DNA of 64,000 bases from Solirubrobacteraceae bacterium (GCA_035551695.1 DASZMU010000004.1:24668-88667); one strand, 5' to 3'. Positions 8,761-20,354 are shown, numbered from the stretch's first letter. Notes: a model not told the origin generated them from the sequence alone. A program made the numbers and translations.

Positions 8761-9521
8761 CCGACGGGGTGAAGGCCGAGGGCGTCGAGGTCGGCGGCCG
8801 CCGGATCGAGGTCCTCGACCTTCCCGGCGACGCGGAGCGCGCGCCGCTCATCCTCCTGCACGAGGGCCTGGGATCGATCGACCTGTGGCGCTGCCTCCCG
8901 CACGATCTTCATGACGCGTCCGGGCGACGGGTGGTCGCCTTCTCCCGCTTCGGGCACGGCCGGTCCGATCCACCGGCCAGGCCGCGGACGCCGGCGTTCT
9001 TCCATGACGAGGCGCTCCGGGTACTCCCGGGGCTCCGCGACCGGCTCGAGCTGTCCGAGCCGGTGCTGGTCGGACACAGCGACGGCGCGTCGATCGCCCT
9101 CATCCACGCCGCCCATCATCCGGTAGACGGGCTCGTACTGCTGGCGCCTCACGTGTTCGTCGAGCCGATCACCGTGGAGGCGATCCGTCAAACCCGCGCC
9201 ATGTACGCCGACGGGTCATTGCGGGCGCGCATGGCCCGCTACCACGATGATCCGGACGCCGCGTTCTGGGGGTGGTGCGACGTCTGGCTTGACCCCGCTT
9301 TCCTGGGCTGGAACCTCGAGGCCGAGGCCGAGCGCGTGACGGCGCCGACGTTGCTGATCCAGGGCGCGGATGACCCGTACGGGACGCTCGAGCAGGTCCA
9401 CCGCATCGAGGCACGGGTGCTAAGCGCCCGGCGGCTCATCCTCCCCGGCGGCCACAGCCCGCACCTGGAGCACCGCGCCGAGGTCGTCGCCGCGATCCGC
9501 ACGTTTCTGACGGACGACTAG
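8757..9521 (+). CDS. Alpha/beta hydrolase
   Basis: LLHEGLGS, GHSDG nucleophile elbow, DPYG, GHSPH; GTG overlaps the upstream stop. Confidence 0.88.
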   Translation: MTDGVKAEGVEVGGRRIEVLDLPGDAERAPLILLHEGLGSIDLWRCLPHDLHDASGRRVVAFSRFGHGRSDPPARPRTPAFFHDEALRVLPGLRDRLELSEPVLVGHSDGASIALIHAAHHPVDGLVLLAPHVFVEPITVEAIRQTRAMYADGSLRARMARYHDDPDAAFWGWCDVWLDPAFLGWNLEAEAERVTAPTLLIQGADDPYGTLEQVHRIEARVLSARRLILPGGHSPHLEHRAEVVAAIRTFLTDD

Positions 9522-9607
9522 AGAGGGGTCTTGGGACTTCTGGGCCCTCATCCGCTTCAGGTGATGCGGGGCACCGCATTGGCCCTACGTTCCGTCGTGC
9601 ATGGCGG

Positions 9608-10870
<1,263 letters not shown>

Positions 10871-10903
10871 GATCCCCGGACACGCCGGCACGCGCTGACC
10901 GGC

Positions 10904-10920
10904 TCACCCTGAATGGGTGA
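10904..10920. promoter_or_regulatory. Palindrome TCACCC-N5-GGGTGA upstream of the DUF2252 gene
   Basis: Perfect 6-bp inverted repeat about 35 bp before the ATG. Confidence 0.35.
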
Positions 10921-10955
10921 TGACCTGACCTCCGCGGCTGGCATGCTTGACGGCC

Positions 10956-12383
10956 ATGTCAACCACCGCCGAGCGGGGCGCTGTGGCGGCGATCCCGCTC
11001 CTGACACTCGCTGAGCGCGCCGCGCGGGGCAAGAAGGCCCGCGCCGACGTGCCGCGCTCCAGCCACGCCACCTTCGATCCCCCCGCAGGCCGGCCGGACC
11101 CGGTCGCTCTCCTGGAGGCGCAGGCACAGACCCGCGTCCCGGAGCTCGTGCCGATCCGCTACGGCAGGATGCTGGTCTCTCCGTTCACGTTCTACCGCGG
11201 CGCGGCGAAGATCATGGCCAGTGACCTCTCCCACACGCCGCGATCGGGGTTGACCGTCCAATGCTGCGGCGATGCCCACCTGTCGAATTTCGGCGTGTTC
11301 GCGTCACCTGAGCGCCGGCTCGTCTTTGACATGAACGACTTCGACGAGACGCTTCCGGGCCCGTGGGAATGGGATGTCAAGCGGCTGTGCGCGAGCATGC
11401 TGATCGGCGCGCGGGACAATGCCTTTGCCGCCGCGGACCAGGACAGGATCGTGCTCAGCACGGCGGCGCAGTACCGCACGACGATGCGCCAGTTCGCGGG
11501 CATGAAGACGCTGGAGGTCTGGTACGCGCGGATGGAGCTCGAGCCGGTCCTCCAGCAGTTCGCTGCTCAGTTCAAGACCAAGCAGGTCAAGCGCACCGAG
11601 AAGGCCCTGGCCAAGGCTCGCACGCGTGACAGCATGTCGGCTTTCTCGAAGCTGACGAACCAAGTCAACGGCAGCGCCGAGATCGTCGACGAATCGCCGC
11701 TGATCGTCCCGGTCCGGGTGCTCATGCCGGATCGCCAGGACGAGGTGCTCGATTGGCTGCGCGGGTTGGTGCGGGAGTTCCGCTCCACGCTCGAGCACGA
11801 CCGGCGGGTGCTCCTGGAGCAGTTCGAGCTGACCGATTTCGCCCGTAAGGTGGTGGGAGTGGGCAGCGTCGGCACGCGGGCCTGGATCGCGCTCCTCTTC
11901 GGCCGCGACCCCGACGATCCCCTGTTCCTGCAGTTGAAGGAGGCAGAGGCGTCGGTGCTGGAGGAATACCTGGAGCCGAGCGAGTTCTCCAACCATGGCG
12001 AGCGCGTCGTCGCGGGCCAGCGGCTGATGCAGGCGACGAGCGACATCTTCCTCGGCTGGGTCCATGTCGCCGCCGGGCTCGACGGCGAATCCCGCGACTT
12101 CTACGGCCGCCAGCTCAAGGATTGGAAGGGCTCGGCCGAAGTCGAGCAGATGGTGCCGAGCGGCATGACCGCGTACGGAAGGCTGTGCGGCTGGACACTG
12201 GCCCGCGCTCACGCCAGAAGTGGGGACCGCGTGGCGATCGCGTCCTACCTCGGGAACGGAGACGCGTTCGACCGCGCCGTCCTCGAGTTCTCAAGGGCCT
12301 ACGCCGACCAGAACGAGCGCGACTACAGGGCGTTGTCCAACGCCGTCAAGTCCGGCCGGATCATCGCCCAAACTGGCCTCTGA
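10956..12383 (+). CDS. DUF2252 domain protein (kinase-like fold)
   Basis: SPFTFYRGAA, CGDAHLSNFG, DMNDFDE, KVVGVGSVGTR, RQLKDWKGS, LARAHARSGD. Confidence 0.9.
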   Translation: MSTTAERGAVAAIPLLTLAERAARGKKARADVPRSSHATFDPPAGRPDPVALLEAQAQTRVPELVPIRYGRMLVSPFTFYRGAAKIMASDLSHTPRSGLTVQCCGDAHLSNFGVFASPERRLVFDMNDFDETLPGPWEWDVKRLCASMLIGARDNAFAAADQDRIVLSTAAQYRTTMRQFAGMKTLEVWYARMELEPVLQQFAAQFKTKQVKRTEKALAKARTRDSMSAFSKLTNQVNGSAEIVDESPLIVPVRVLMPDRQDEVLDWLRGLVREFRSTLEHDRRVLLEQFELTDFARKVVGVGSVGTRAWIALLFGRDPDDPLFLQLKEAEASVLEEYLEPSEFSNHGERVVAGQRLMQATSDIFLGWVHVAAGLDGESRDFYGRQLKDWKGSAEVEQMVPSGMTAYGRLCGWTLARAHARSGDRVAIASYLGNGDAFDRAVLEFSRAYADQNERDYRALSNAVKSGRIIAQTGL

Positions 12384-12408
12384 CTAGAGCCCTCCCATTA
12401 GTGCGGCA

Positions 12409-12665
12409 CTAGCTGCACTTCGACGTGGTCGCCTTCTCGAGGTTCTTGGCCGCGGTGACGACGGCGGAGACCTGCCCCGGGATTTGAGCCAGCGTGGCGG
12501 CGCTCGGCGAGTCGACGGCCTGCTTGACGGTGGTGCTGAGAGTCTGCAGCGAGTGCTTCAGCGCGGTCGTCTCGCTGGAGACGCGCAGTAGGACGGCTTG
12601 CTGGCGCTGCCGCAGCCGGCGAGCACGGCCGTGAGGGCCAGCACCAACGCCGCCCTGCGTCCCAT
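12409..12665 (-). pseudogene. Small lipoprotein remnant (frameshift/deletion near 12580)
   Basis: Lipobox VLAGC then GSASKPSYC; continues in another frame as SETTALKHSLQTL...KATTSKCS*. Confidence 0.55.
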
Positions 12666-12831
12666 GCCAGCCCTCGATGTCGACGTCGACGCCGAGTGGC
12701 TGGGCTGCCCATCAACTGCTTCGCCTGACGCCATCACGACTCGCGTCCCTTGGGCAACCATCACCCGGCATCGTCGTGCCGCGCGGGCCCCGCGGCATCC
12801 TGCGGAATGGGTGACGCGCTCGGAGGTTCGC

Positions 12832-13041
12832 TCACGTCGCCCGTTTTGGGTCATGGGCTTGGAACTCCAGTTCTGCCGCCACGTCGGTAGGCGCTTGCGC
12901 CTTCTTCAGGCGCTCCAGGTCGGCGCGCAGCCGCCGGTTCTCCCGCCGCAGCTCGATCACCCGCCGGCGTTCCTTGACGAGATCCTCCGCCATCCGGCGC
13001 AGGGCGCTGCCGATCCGCTGCTCTCTGCCTGACTCGTACAC
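12832..13041 (-). CDS. Small coiled-coil hypothetical protein
   Basis: MAEDLVKERRRVIELRRENRRLRADLERLK heptad pattern. Confidence 0.55.
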   Translation of the reverse strand: MYESGREQRIGSALRRMAEDLVKERRRVIELRRENRRLRADLERLKKAQAPTDVAAELEFQAHDPKRAT

Positions 13042-13210
13042 AGCAAGCCAAGCCTCGCCCCTGACACTGCCGGCGGCAAGCTGGCAGGCACGCCAGCCCG
13101 CTGGAGGCCCCCACCACTGTTTTCAGTGACACGGCAGGCAGCGGCCGCTCGCGCACGAGCACGACGGCAGCGGTGTCTGGACTACGATGACGCCCGGTGA
13201 GGTCTGAACC

Positions 13211-13651
13211 GTGACGACGTGGCCGTGGGACCTGGAGACGCTGCCGGCTCCGCTGATCGAGCTGGGCCGCACGTTCGAGGGCTTCCTCGACCTCGACTGG
13301 CTCGATCTGGCCGATGACTCGGCCCGGGTCCGGTTCCAGATCCGCGACGAGCTCAAGCAGCCCATGGGCCTCCTCCACGGCGGGATCTACTCGGCGGTGG
13401 CCGAGACCGTTGCTTCTGTCGCCACCGTCCGCGCGGTCTGGCGCGACGGGATGATCGGCTCCGGGCTGAGCAACTCGGCCAGCTTCCTGCGGCCGATCAC
13501 CGAAGGCGACGTCCACGTGACGGCCCGTCGGCGCCACCATGATGACCGCGAATGGTTCTGGGGCCACGAGTTCCGCGATGACCACGACCGCTTGTGCGCG
13601 CTCGTCGACGTGACGATCGCGGTGCGGCCGCTCGCCCGTCCGTCCGGGTGA
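13211..13651 (+). CDS. PaaI family thioesterase (hotdog fold)
   Basis: KQPMGLLHGGIYSAVAETVAS, FLRPI. Confidence 0.9.
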   Translation: MTTWPWDLETLPAPLIELGRTFEGFLDLDWLDLADDSARVRFQIRDELKQPMGLLHGGIYSAVAETVASVATVRAVWRDGMIGSGLSNSASFLRPITEGDVHVTARRRHHDDREWFWGHEFRDDHDRLCALVDVTIAVRPLARPSG

Positions 13652-13693
13652 CGGACGCCGGACCACAGTCCACGTGGCAGGGCTGGCGGAGCG

Positions 13694-13869
13694 CGAACAA
13701 CAGCGCAACGAAGGGGGGCGACCGGTTGACCGGGCCGTTGCTCCGGATTCAAGCGTGCACCGTGCGCCAAATGGCGCACCGCTCAGATGATTTGGCACAC
13801 CATGCACGCCCACGCACCACCGCCAACGCCCCGGCCCCGGCTCACCTCCCCTTCGTTGCCAGATGTTCG
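13694..13869. repeat. ~175-bp imperfect palindrome between convergent genes
   Basis: GCAACGAAGGGG 13705-13716 / CCCCTTCGTTGC 13848-13859; inner arms 13753-13772 / 13790-13809 (17/20). Confidence 0.7.
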
Positions 13870-13888
13870 GCCCGCAGAGCGGCTTCGT

Positions 13889-15792
13889 CTACGTCTGCAC
13901 CGGGGCGGATGCGCGACCCTGGTCCTTGCTCTCCGCCGGAATCATCGGCCCCTCGCCTGAGGGGTCGATGACCCCCTCCTCCAGCCACTCATAGCGACCT
14001 GACAGCAGCTCGCCGGCGGCGGCCCGGTTGGCGTCGTCCTCGTTGGCCCAGAGCGCGTCGAACAGGGCCTCGGCCCGCCGCCGCGCCTGCCGGCAGAACA
14101 GCTCGGCCAGCTCCGTCGCCTGTTCGCGTCGCTCCGGGCGCTCGCGTCCGATCGTGTCGGCGTAGGCGACGGCGGAGGCCATCGCGAACAGCTCGGCGCC
14201 GATGTCGACGATCCGGCCGAGGAACGCCTGCCGGTACTCGAGCTTGGCCTGCCAGCGACTCATCCCGTAGAAGGTGGAGCGGGCGAGCTTGCGCGAGGCC
14301 CGCTCGACATAGCGCAGGTATGAGGCCAGGGCGCCGAACTCATCGAACGCGCGGGGTTCTGCCCCTCGCCGATGGCCAACTGGGGGAGCCACCGGGAGTA
14401 GAAGGCTCCCGCTCGGACGGCCGCCGACGCTTTCGTCCGCAGGTCGTTGCCAGGCCCCAGGATGTCGCCGGCCACCTGGAGGTGCTGGTCGACAGCTTCG
14501 CGCGCGATCAGGAGGTGCATGATCTCGCTGGATCCCTCGAAGATGCGATTGATCCGCATATCGCGGAACGCCGCCTCCACCGGAACGGGCTTCTCACCGC
14601 GAGCGCGCAGCGACTCCGCGGTCTCAAACCCACGCCCGCCGCGGATCTGCATCAGCTCGTCGATCACCGCCCAGCCGAGCTCCGACCCGTACAGCTTGGC
14701 CAGCGCCGCCTCGATCCGGATGTCGTTGGACTTGTTGTCAGCCAGCCGGCTGGCGACGTCGAGCATCGCCTCGAGGCCGAACGCGCTGCCGGCGATGAAC
14801 GCCAGCTTCTGCGCCACGGCGTCGTGCTTGCCGATCTTGCGGCCCCACTGCTCGCGCTCGTCGGCCCACTCGCGGCCGATCTTCGTCGCCCACTTGGCGG
14901 TGCCCACGCAGATGGCCGGCAGCGCCAGACGCCCGGTGTTCAGCGTGCTGAGCGCGATCTTCAGGCCCTCCCCCTCGCGGCCGATCCGGTTCTCCTCCGC
15001 CACGAACACGTTCTCCAGGCGCGTGACCGAGTTCTCGATGCCGTGCAGGCCCATGAACGCATTGCGGTGCTCGACCGTCACCCCCTCGCTGTCATACGGG
15101 AGCACGAACGCGCTGATCCCGCCCCGGTGCCCGTCTGACTTGGGGACCTTCGCCATCACCACCACCACGTCTGCGATCGCCCCATTCGTCGCCCACAGCT
15201 TGCGGCCGGTCAGCGAGTAGCCGCCCTCGACCGGCGTCGCCGTCGCCGACAGTCGCGCCGGGTCCGACCCCACATCCGGCTCGGTGAGCAGGAACGCGCT
15301 GACGTGATCCTTGGCCACGAGCGGCAGCCACCTGCGCTTCTGCTCCTCGGTCCCGAACATCCGCAGGGGCTCGGCCACGCCGATTGACTGGTGGGCACTG
15401 AGCAGCGTCGAGAGCGACGCGTGCCAGACACCGACCAATGCGAGCGCCCGGTTGTAGTACACCTGGGACAGGCCGAGCCCGCCGTACTCCTCGGAGACCT
15501 TCATCCCGAAGGCGCCCAGCGCCTTCAGACCCTCGACCACTCGGTCCGGGATCTTCGACGCACACTCGATCTCCAGCGGGTCGACCTCGCTCCGCAGGAA
15601 CTCGCGCAGGCGCGCGATGAAGCGCTCGCCCTTCTCGACCGCGTCCGGCTCGAGCCGCGGCTGGGGGTGGATCAGGTCGAAGCGAAAGTTGCCGAGGAAC
15701 AGTTCCTTGCCGAAGCTCGGAAGCTTCCACTCGGCCTCACGCGCTGCCTCGGCGACCTCCCGTGCCTGCCTCTCAGAAACCTCAGTGCTCAC
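13889..15792 (-). pseudogene. Acyl-CoA dehydrogenase (long, FadE10-like) split by a 1-bp frameshift near 14355
   Basis: FLLTEPDVGSD, GRKLWATNG, RINRIFEGSSE; EGQNP|RAFDEFG resumes in another frame after a C4 run; may be a sequencing error. Confidence 0.8.
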
Positions 15793-15905
15793 GCGGGTCT
15801 GCTCCCGGTCGGAATAGAAAGGATTTCACACCCCAACTACCCAGAAAGCAGCGCGCGCAGCTCCGGGCTACCTCGGGCGCGGACGCGTGTGGGACTCGTT
15901 CCCTA

Positions 15906-17315
15906 CTAAGCCACCGCCGATTGGCCCACTCCGCCGCCGACGCCCATCTCGCGCCCCGCGTCGGTGAGGACCTCTGCGAGCCGGTCGACGATCTCGTCGA
16001 GCACATCGGCGTCCGCGATCAGGGGTGGAGCGATCTGGAGCACGCTGTCTCCGCGATCGTCGGCGCGCGCGATGATGCCCGCCTCCAGCAACCGGCCGGG
16101 CAGGAAGCCGCGCAGCAGCCGGTCACGCTCGCCGGCGTCGAAGGTGCCCGCCTGGTCGTCGCGGACGAGCTCCACCGCCCAGAAGAAGCCTCGGCCGCGG
16201 ACATCGCCGACGATGGGCAGCGAGCGCAACTCCTGCATCCGTGACTCCAGTCGCGGTTCGAGCTCCCGGACGTTCTGGAGGATCCCGTCGCGCTCGAAGA
16301 TCTCGAGGTTGCGCAGCGCGATGGCGGCCGCCACCGGGTGCCCACCGAAGGTGATTCCGTGACGCAGCATCCGGCCGGGAGCGAACAGCGGCTCGGCGAC
16401 GCGGTCGGCGACGAGCACCGCTCCCATCGGGGCATACGCGGAGGTCAGGCCCTTGGCGACGCTGGCGAGATCCGGTACCACCCCCTCACGCTCGACTCCC
16501 AGCCATTCTCCGAGGCGGCCGAAGCCGCAGATCACCTCGTCGGCCATCAGCAGCGCGCCGTACTCGTCGGCGAGCGCCCGCAGGCCGCGCCAGTATCCGG
16601 GCGGCGCCACCAGGCACCCTCCGGCGTTCTGGACGGGCTCGGCGATGATCAGCGCCACCTCGTCCGGGCCGGCCGCCTCGATCGCCTCGCGGACCTCGGC
16701 GAGCAGCCTCGCGCAGAACGCCTCCGGGTCATGACCGTCGGCGGCGCGGAAGGCGTTCGTGTTCGACACGTGGGTGACGTCGATCGGCGGCGGGCCGAAC
16801 GCCTCCTTCATCGGCTCCACGCCGGTGAAGGACAACGCCCCCAGCGTCACGCCGTGGTAGGCGATTCGGCGAGCGATGGCCTTGCGCCGCTGCGGCTGGC
16901 CGATCGCCTCGAAGTGCTCGCGCACGATCTTCCACGCCGCCTCGACGGCCTCGGATCCGCCGGACGTGAAGAACGCACGGTTCAGGTCGCCGGGCATGAT
17001 CTCCGCCAGCCGTTCGGCCAGCTGGATCGAGGGCGGGTGGGCGGTCCCCCAGTTCGTGTTGAACGCGAGCGTCTGCAGCTGCCCGGCGATCGCCGACACC
17101 ATCTCCTCGCCGTACGAGTAACCGATCTGCGCGCAGAACAGGCTCGACAGGGCATCGATGTACCGCCGGCCACGGGTGTCGAACACATACGGTCCTTCCC
17201 CCCGCTCCAGCACGAGCAGGTCCTTCCCGTCGGCATACGCGGCCGCATGCTTGGCGAAATGCAGCAGCAGGTGCTCGCGCGCAGAACGCTGAAGCTCGTC
17301 GTGGCTCGGACTCAT
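15906..17315 (-). CDS. Class III PLP aminotransferase (omega-amino acid/polyamine type)
   Basis: FTSGGSEAVE, AYHG, AEPVQNAGG, DEVICGFGR, AKGLTSAY, HGITFGGHP. Confidence 0.92.
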   Translation of the reverse strand: MSPSHDELQRSAREHLLLHFAKHAAAYADGKDLLVLERGEGPYVFDTRGRRYIDALSSLFCAQIGYSYGEEMVSAIAGQLQTLAFNTNWGTAHPPSIQLAERLAEIMPGDLNRAFFTSGGSEAVEAAWKIVREHFEAIGQPQRRKAIARRIAYHGVTLGALSFTGVEPMKEAFGPPPIDVTHVSNTNAFRAADGHDPEAFCARLLAEVREAIEAAGPDEVALIIAEPVQNAGGCLVAPPGYWRGLRALADEYGALLMADEVICGFGRLGEWLGVEREGVVPDLASVAKGLTSAYAPMGAVLVADRVAEPLFAPGRMLRHGITFGGHPVAAAIALRNLEIFERDGILQNVRELEPRLESRMQELRSLPIVGDVRGRGFFWAVELVRDDQAGTFDAGERDRLLRGFLPGRLLEAGIIARADDRGDSVLQIAPPLIADADVLDEIVDRLAEVLTDAGREMGVGGGVGQSAVA

Positions 17316-17403
17316 CGTGCTCCTCTCCACATGGGCATAGGCGTCATCAATCGTAAGTGGTTCGAAACGGGCCACTAAGCCTGACGCATCGCGGGCCGGC
17401 TGA

Positions 17404-18933
17404 CTACGGCGGCGGCGGCGAATCCGGCAGCGCCGCGCTGGACGAACTGTCCCGCTGCGCGGATGGACGCAGGACACGGCTGTCATCCTCCTGCCGGCGC
17501 GTCACGCGGGCCGCGTCGAGATGCTCGAGGAGGGCCTGAGCGTACTTGCGTGATGTGCCCAGCTCGTCGCGGAGGCGGGCGAGGGTAATGGAGCCCTCGT
17601 CGGAGGCGACCCGCTCCACCACGGCGCGGACGTGCTCGATCGCCTCCGGATGGGCGTGCATCGAGCGGCCGATCCGGGTCGCGCGCCCATGGGCGTGCAG
17701 CGCCGCGAGGTGACGCGCCTCCTCCCCCATCTCCGCCTCGGTGGGGGGTTCGTACCCGGCCGCGCGCAGCCGCTCCTCCAGGCCGAGCGCGTCGTCGTCG
17801 AGGACCGGGCGCTCCGGCGCGCCCGCGCCACCGGGGCTCGCCTGCGCCTCAGCGGCCGCCGCCTCCCGCCGCCCACCGGCAGCAGCCGCCACGATGACGC
17901 CACCCCCAAGCGTGTCCGGCGGGCTGATCTGCCGCACCACCAGCCGGTCGCCGTCGGCGGCGACGAGCGGCCGCTCCAGCCGCAGCTGCCATCGGGCGCC
18001 GTCGCGGTGCACGGCGCGGGCGGCCGCGTCCCGGGTGCCGTGGTGCACCTGCACCCGCGCGCGGTCGGTGAGTGGGGCGTCCAGACGCAGGTCCGCCTCG
18101 AGCCGGTAGGTCAGCGTGACATCGGCGCCGTCGCCGATGAGCGTGTCGCCACGGGCGATGATCCGCCGCTCCACCCCTGCCAGGTTGACCGCCACGCGCT
18201 GTCCGGCGGCCGCGCTGTCAACGGTGTGGTCGTGCACCTGGAGGCCGCGCACCCGTGCGACGTGGTCGCCCGGGAGCACGTGCAGTCGCTGGCCACGCGT
18301 AATCTCGCCGGACCACAGCGTGCCCGTCACCACCGTCCCGGAGCCCCTGATCGTGAACACGCGGTCGATGTGGAGCACCGGGCCGCGCCGGACGACCGAC
18401 CGTGAGACGACGGCCGCGGCGGCTCGCTCCAACGCCGCTGCGACCTCGGCCATCCCGGCACCCGTGCGAGCCGAGCACGAGACGACCTCGACACCGGGCA
18501 GCAACCCGGCGGCCGCCCGGCCTGCCGGACCGGGGTCCGCGAGGTCGGACTTCGTGATCGCCACCACGCCGCAGCTGACCCGGAGCGCCTCCAGGACGCG
18601 CATGTGCTCGAGCGTCTGCGGCATGACACCATCGTCGGCGGCGATCACGAGCAGGAACAGGTCGATCCCGGTCGCGCCGGAGACCATCACGCGGATCAGC
18701 CGCTCGTGACCGGGGACATCGACGAGCGAAAGCAGCCGGCCCCCGGGGAGCCGGAGCGGCGCGTAGCCGAGGACGATCGTGATCCCGCGGCTCTTCTCCT
18801 CTGGCAGCCGATCGGTATCGACGCCCGTCAGCTGCTGGACCAGAGACGTCTTGCCGTGATCGATGTGTCCGGCGGTCCCCACCGTCAGGGGCGCCGAGCG
18901 CGTGTCGATGCTGTCGTCGCCCGCGCCCGTCAT
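17404..18933 (-). CDS. selB: Selenocysteine-specific elongation factor (compact, 509 aa)
   Basis: GTAGHIDHGKT, DVPGHE, TKSD, C-terminal SRKYAQALLEHLD; follows selA. Confidence 0.93.
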   Translation of the reverse strand: MTGAGDDSIDTRSAPLTVGTAGHIDHGKTSLVQQLTGVDTDRLPEEKSRGITIVLGYAPLRLPGGRLLSLVDVPGHERLIRVMVSGATGIDLFLLVIAADDGVMPQTLEHMRVLEALRVSCGVVAITKSDLADPGPAGRAAAGLLPGVEVVSCSARTGAGMAEVAAALERAAAAVVSRSVVRRGPVLHIDRVFTIRGSGTVVTGTLWSGEITRGQRLHVLPGDHVARVRGLQVHDHTVDSAAAGQRVAVNLAGVERRIIARGDTLIGDGADVTLTYRLEADLRLDAPLTDRARVQVHHGTRDAAARAVHRDGARWQLRLERPLVAADGDRLVVRQISPPDTLGGGVIVAAAAGGRREAAAAEAQASPGGAGAPERPVLDDDALGLEERLRAAGYEPPTEAEMGEEARHLAALHAHGRATRIGRSMHAHPEAIEHVRAVVERVASDEGSITLARLRDELGTSRKYAQALLEHLDAARVTRRQEDDSRVLRPSAQRDSSSSAALPDSPPPP

Positions 18934-20243
18934 GTCAGCGCCGCCCTCACGGCCCGCCCAACCACGCGCGCCTCCTCATCGGTCAGCGTCCGCGGATCCA
19001 GAATCAGACGGTCCTGCCGGATCCGCGCCACCACCGCCGGATCGCCCCCACGTAGCACGTAGGCCAGGGCATCGGCCCCGTCCGCGCCGGCGGCGATCGC
19101 CACCGCCGGGCCGGGGAGCTCGAGCAGCGGCAGCGCCCCCCCGCCGACGCGGGCCACCCCGGAGACGATCTCCCCGCCCGTCTCCCCCGCCAGGATCCGC
19201 GCTCGCTCCGCCAGCTCCCCGTCGGTCGCGGTGAGCATCGCGAGCACGGGAAGCTCGCGCCGGGCCAGCTCCGGGTCCCAGTACAGCGCCAGTGTCGCCT
19301 CCAGCGCCGCCAGCGAGAGCTTGTCGATCCGGACCGCGCGAGCGAGCGGATGCACCCGTGCCGCCTCGATCGCGGCCTGCGTGCCGACCATGACCCCGGC
19401 CTGCGGGCCGCCCAGCAGCTTGTCGCCGGAGAAGCAGACGAGCGCCGCGCCGGCGCGGACGGAGCGGCGCACCGGAGGCTCGTCGGCAAGCAGCTCGAGC
19501 TCGTCGGCCAGGACGCCGGAGCCCACGTCGTCGATGACGGGAACGCCGAGCGAGCACAGGGGCTCTATCTCGACCTGCTCGACGAACCCAATGGTCCGGA
19601 AGTTCGATGCGTGGGCGCGGAGCACGGCGCCGGTCTCCGGCAGGATCGCCCGCCGGTAGTCCTCGAGTCGGGTGCGGTTGGTCGTCCCCACCTCGACGAG
19701 CTGCGCCCCTGCCTGCGTCACCACCTCCGGGATCCGGAATCCTCCGCCGATCTCGATCAGCTGGCCGCGGGAGACGATCAACTCGCGGCCGTCGCCGGCC
19801 AGCGCCGCCGCCGCCAGCAGCACCGCGGCGGCGCAGTTGTTGACGGCGATCGCCGCCGGGGCGCCGGTCAGCTCGCACAGCAGCCGCTCGACGTGATCGT
19901 GGCGGGAGCTCCTCTCCCCACTCTCGACAGAGAACTCGAGGTTGCTGTAGCCGGCCGCCACGCGGGCCACCGCGGCCTGGGCGGCCACGGCAAGGGGCGC
20001 GCGGCCGAGGTTGGTGTGCACAATCACGCCCGTGGCGTTGAGCACGCGCCGCAGCGAGGGCCGCAGTCGGCCCAGCGCGCGCTCCACGAGGTCGGCGTCA
20101 TCGGCCGCGCCGCCGCCGAGCAGCTCCGCGCGCCGTTCCGCGAGCGCCGCCCGCGCCACGGCCACCGCGAGCCGGTCGACTGCCGGAAGGCGCCGCAGCT
20201 CCTCCCGCGGGGATCCGTCGTCTTCACGCCTGTGCGCAGTCAT
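18930..20243 (-). CDS. selA: L-seryl-tRNA(Sec) selenium transferase
   Basis: NATGVIVHTNLGRAPL, VNNCAAA, EIGGGFRIP, EVGTTNRT, FSGDKLLGGPQAG. Confidence 0.95.
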   Translation of the reverse strand: MTAHRREDDGSPREELRRLPAVDRLAVAVARAALAERRAELLGGGAADDADLVERALGRLRPSLRRVLNATGVIVHTNLGRAPLAVAAQAAVARVAAGYSNLEFSVESGERSSRHDHVERLLCELTGAPAAIAVNNCAAAVLLAAAALAGDGRELIVSRGQLIEIGGGFRIPEVVTQAGAQLVEVGTTNRTRLEDYRRAILPETGAVLRAHASNFRTIGFVEQVEIEPLCSLGVPVIDDVGSGVLADELELLADEPPVRRSVRAGAALVCFSGDKLLGGPQAGVMVGTQAAIEAARVHPLARAVRIDKLSLAALEATLALYWDPELARRELPVLAMLTATDGELAERARILAGETGGEIVSGVARVGGGALPLLELPGPAVAIAAGADGADALAYVLRGGDPAVVARIRQDRLILDPRTLTDEEARVVGRAVRAALT

Positions 20244-20250
20244 CTGACGA

Positions 20251-20342
20251 CGGAGCGGCGAAGGAGTCGAACCTTCCCACCGTGGGATCGCCACGGCTCC
20301 CCGGCTTTGAAGGCCGGTCGGGGCACCGGCCCCGGCCGCTCC
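20251..20342 (-). tRNA. selC: tRNA-Sec (UCA)
   Basis: 8-bp acceptor GGAGCGGC/GCCGCTCC plus G discriminator; anticodon arm CCGGC-CTTCAAA-GCCGG (TCA at 20310-20308); long variable arm; T arm GAAGG-TTCGACT-CCTTC; CCA not encoded. Confidence 0.95.
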
Positions 20343-20354
20343 GAGCGACGGCGA

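Noticed and set aside
13788-13809. TGGCAC..TGCA as a sigma54 promoter (similar motif in the 450-bp elements)
   Set aside because: GG-to-GC spacing is 8 nt, not the required 10
20244-20294. selA start at 20294
   Set aside because: Lies inside tRNA-Sec; ATG at 20243 is more plausible
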